Source of the DNA: Alphaproteobacteria bacterium
GTDB lineage: Bacteria; Pseudomonadota; Alphaproteobacteria; SP197
DNA length: 64,000 nucleotides
Reading direction: 5' to 3'
NCBI GenBank assembly: GCA_964291265.2
Contig: OZ219747.1
Location: 1,248,001 to 1,312,000 of the forward strand
In this document: positions 61,156 to 64,000 of the stretch, piece after piece
Layout: each line of letters begins with the position of its first letter
How positions within the stretch are numbered: the stretch's first letter is position 1
The notes under the pieces: model-generated
Told to the model about the DNA's origin: nothing
Seen by the model: the letters and a program-made list of their open reading frames with translations, nothing else
Database searches by the model: none
Translations under genes and position numbers: made by a program

Positions 61156-62035
61156 ACCCCGCCGCGTCGACTTCGACGCCGTCAAGCGCATGCCGTTCGA
61201 ACGCATCGCCGCCGACTGGGGATACGTCCGCGACGAACAGGCCTCGACACGCGCCAACCCCGTCCTGTGCGCACCCGGCCTGCCGAAGCTCGTCACGAAG
61301 TGCCTCAACAACGGACACTGGGTCTACTTCAACACCCAGAACGATGAAGACAACGGAACCGTCATCGACTTCATGCTCAACCGCGGACTGGCCTTCGCCG
61401 ACATCTGCACCCGCTTCGCAGCACCCGACGCCGCGCCACGCGACTTCCGCAGCCTCTGGGCCGCGGCAACGCCCGATGCGGCCCCGGACTGGCTCACCGG
61501 GCGCGGCATCCTCCCGGAGACCCTCGACACCTGCCGCCCCCTGGTCCGCCGCGACCACAACGGACGCGTCCTCTTCGCCCATCGCAACAGGAAGCGAAAG
61601 CTCACCGGCTTCGAGATCGGTCCCCCCGACGGACCGAAACGCTTCGCCACCGGTGGAACCCGAAGCCTGTTCGCCGTCCGCGCCGGAACCGCCGCGGACC
61701 TCGAGGCCCTCGTCATCACCGAAAGCGCCGTCGACGCCCTCAGCCTGGCCCAGATCGACCAATGTCCCCCCAGCCACGCCTTCCTCTCCACCGCCGGGGC
61801 ACCCTCGCGAAGACAGCACGAACAGATCAGCCTCGCCGCAAGCAGCCTGCCCAACGTCAGGACCATCGTCCTCGCCCAGGACCACGACGAGGCCGGAGAG
61901 CGACAGGCCGAAACCCTGCGCAAAAAGATGAAGCTCCCCTCCCACGTCTCGTTCCACAGACGCAGACCGCCGGAAAACGCCGACTGGAACGACGTCGTCA
62001 ACGCCAGGACCAAAGAACCACAAGCGAGATCATGA
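61142..62035 (+). CDS. Toprim-domain primase-like protein, copy 2
   Basis: Protein appears identical to 12866-13759. Confidence 0.8.
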   Translation: MKPDKPRRVDFDAVKRMPFERIAADWGYVRDEQASTRANPVLCAPGLPKLVTKCLNNGHWVYFNTQNDEDNGTVIDFMLNRGLAFADICTRFAAPDAAPRDFRSLWAAATPDAAPDWLTGRGILPETLDTCRPLVRRDHNGRVLFAHRNRKRKLTGFEIGPPDGPKRFATGGTRSLFAVRAGTAADLEALVITESAVDALSLAQIDQCPPSHAFLSTAGAPSRRQHEQISLAASSLPNVRTIVLAQDHDEAGERQAETLRKKMKLPSHVSFHRRRPPENADWNDVVNARTKEPQARS

Positions 62036-62061
62036 CCACGTCCGTCACAAGGAGACCACTC

Positions 62062-62352
62062 ATGCCCCTCACGCCCGCCGAAAAGCAGCGGCGATACCGG
62101 GAACGGCGCAAGGCCGGCATCCCTCCCGTCCACACCCCAAAGCATCGTGACCGGCGCTCGCGACCGCAACGCTGGAACGACGCCGTGGCCGAACTGCGCG
62201 CCCTGCAGGACGAATGGCGTGACCGCCTCGACAGCATCCCCGAAAGCCTCCGTGACACGCCTTACGGAGAACGCCTGCAGAGCGTCGCCGATGCCGACAT
62301 CGAGGCCCTCGAGGACATCGAACCGCCACGCGGCTACGGAAGGGATACGTGA
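62062..62352 (+). CDS. Small hypothetical protein, copy 2
   Basis: Matches 13786-14076 with one H/R difference. Confidence 0.75.
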   Translation: MPLTPAEKQRRYRERRKAGIPPVHTPKHRDRRSRPQRWNDAVAELRALQDEWRDRLDSIPESLRDTPYGERLQSVADADIEALEDIEPPRGYGRDT

Positions 62353-62923
62353 TCCCGCAAGACCCTTGAACGCGGTCACGCGTTACCATCCAGGAATGAG
62401 AACGTCTCACCCCGACGCGCTTCTCAGCCTCCCCGGGGAAACCCCCGGGCCGTCCAAACGACACCGCATCACGAGACTGCCGCAGCCGCTGGCCGGACTG
62501 GCTTACAGGTCGCAGCATCCGCCCGAAAACACTCGACGCCTGCCGCACCCTGCAGGACGAATGGCGTGACCGCCTCGACAGCATCCCCGAAAGCCTCCGT
62601 GACACGCCTTACGGAGAACGCCTGCAGAGCGTCGCCGATGCCGACATCGAGGCCCTCGAGGACATCGAACCGCCACGCGGCTACGGAAGGGATACGTGAT
62701 CCCGCAAGACCCTTGAACGCGGTCACGCGTTACCATCCAGGAATGAGAACGTCTCACCCCGACGCGCCTCTCAGCCTCCCCGGGAAACACCCGGGCCGTC
62801 CAAACGACACCGCATCACGAGACTGCCGCAGCCGCTGAGCCGCAGCAACGCCCGATCCGCCGCCGGACTGGCTCACAGGTCGCAGCATCCGCCCGAAAAC
62901 ACTCGACGCCTGCCGCACCCTGC
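62201..62923 (+). repeat. Tandem duplication of about 347 bp, copy 2
   Basis: ccctgcaggacgaatggcgtgaccgcctcg occurs twice. Confidence 0.9.
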
Positions 62924-63508
62924 GCCGCCGCAACCGCAACGCACGCAGCCTCTTCGCCCAGCGCAACAGAAACCGTCAGCTCTCCAGCCTCGAGATCGTC
63001 CCGCCCGACGAACCACGACGAGGACGGAGAACGCCAGAACGAAACCACGCGCAAAAGCCTGAAGCTCCCCTCCCACATCACGTTCCACAAACGCCGAACG
63101 CCAGAAAACGCCGACCGGAACGACATCGTCAACGTCAATGCAAGACCAATGGGATCCAACAATAGGCAGAAAACAAAGACCGGGCGGACCTTCGTCCAAT
63201 GCCGCACGTTCTCCTGTCGTGGTCACCCACTCACACGATCAGCGCCCAAAAGAGCGGTTCTCCGCCAATATCCCGCCGTTCTAAATCGCCGCCGACAGAC
63301 TTGATCCACACCGCGGATCTTCGGCCAGCCCGCGACGTTCAGTCCGGCAAATGCCTGCGTGGGTAGACAGGGTCGGCAACGATCCCGTCTACTCGGCACT
63401 GGGGGCAACGCGCCTGTCGACTGCAAGTCCGTTCGAACATGTGTGAGCCACGCTGTCGATGGGACTGCTGCCGGGAGGCAGTTCCCGCTGCACTGACATC
63501 CGCACAGG

Positions 63509-64000
63509 TCAGGTCGATGCGGACCCGCCACAGTACCCGTAGTCCCTCCTGGCGGCGGCGGGGGTGACGAGACCGCTCCTGAGATCGGCGGCGATCAGGG
63601 TCGGGTCGCGTGTTGCCGGATCGCCGTAACCGCCGCCGCCAGGTGTCTCCATGCGAAGCGTTTCGCCCGGGGGAATGTCCTGTTCGCCCTTGCCGTTGAG
63701 CGGTCGCCCCGATGACAGGCGCAGGACACCGCGGGCGCCGTCACGGCCGCCCTCCCGGCCCCGCGGCGGATAGGTGATCCTGTCGAGTGCCGCTGCCAGC
63801 TGGAGCGTGGCGTTCTCGGACGATCCGACCTCGATGATCTGTCCGTGGCCGCCTCGATAGCGTCCGGCGCCGCCGGAGTCGGGACGCAATTCGCGGCGCC
63901 AGATGATGAGCGGAGCGACAGACTCGGCCAGTTCCACCTGGGTTCCGATGACACCGGAGGGAAAGGCAGTCGCATCGAGGCCGTCACTCGTGGGGCGGGC
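63509..64000 (-). CDS. Hydantoinase B/oxoprolinase family protein, C-terminal part (starts beyond the window)
   Basis: FPSGV, DSGGAGRYRGGHGQ, ETPGGGGYGDP, AARRDYG. Confidence 0.88.
   Translation of the reverse strand, partial: ARPTSDGLDATAFPSGVIGTQVELAESVAPLIIWRRELRPDSGGAGRYRGGHGQIIEVGSSENATLQLAAALDRITYPPRGREGGRDGARGVLRLSSGRPLNGKGEQDIPPGETLRMETPGGGGYGDPATRDPTLIAADLRSGLVTPAAARRDYGYCGGSAST

Larger units (their letters stand above)
57970..63297 (+). mobile_element. IS21-family-derived 5328-bp transposon with cargo genes, copy 2
   Basis: Same TG...CA ends and IRs as copy 1; TSD GACTTGA at 57963-57969 and 63298-63304. Confidence 0.93.

Overview
High-GC alphaproteobacterial-type chromosomal window. 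The backbone holds cobalamin genes (cbiX, cobD, cobQ-O-N-W-U with a B12 riboswitch), nhaA, cell-wall enzymes, ftsK, a polar amino-acid ABC transporter, pepN and several catabolic enzymes. An accessory block of about 12 kb (3.5-15.7 kb) lies between cobD/nhaA and cobQ. It contains an IS66 remnant, a four-module RTX-repeat protein behind a poly-G-spacer promoter, and an ISKra4-like pseudogene interrupted by an IS1634 and by a 5.3 kb element. The most striking feature is that 5.3 kb element, present twice (9695-15020 and 57970-63297). Both copies have TG...CA ends, imperfect terminal inverted repeats and their own target-site duplications (5 bp and 7 bp). The element carries IS21-type istA/istB plus a Cys-rich ORF, a Toprim primase-like ORF, a small basic ORF, a duplicated hairpin-rich segment and a decayed copy of the Toprim gene. 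Its strand composition flips from G/T-rich to C/A-rich along its length although all its genes lie on one strand, which suggests an element replicated inward from its ends. All calls are from motif recognition by eye; no database searches were run.
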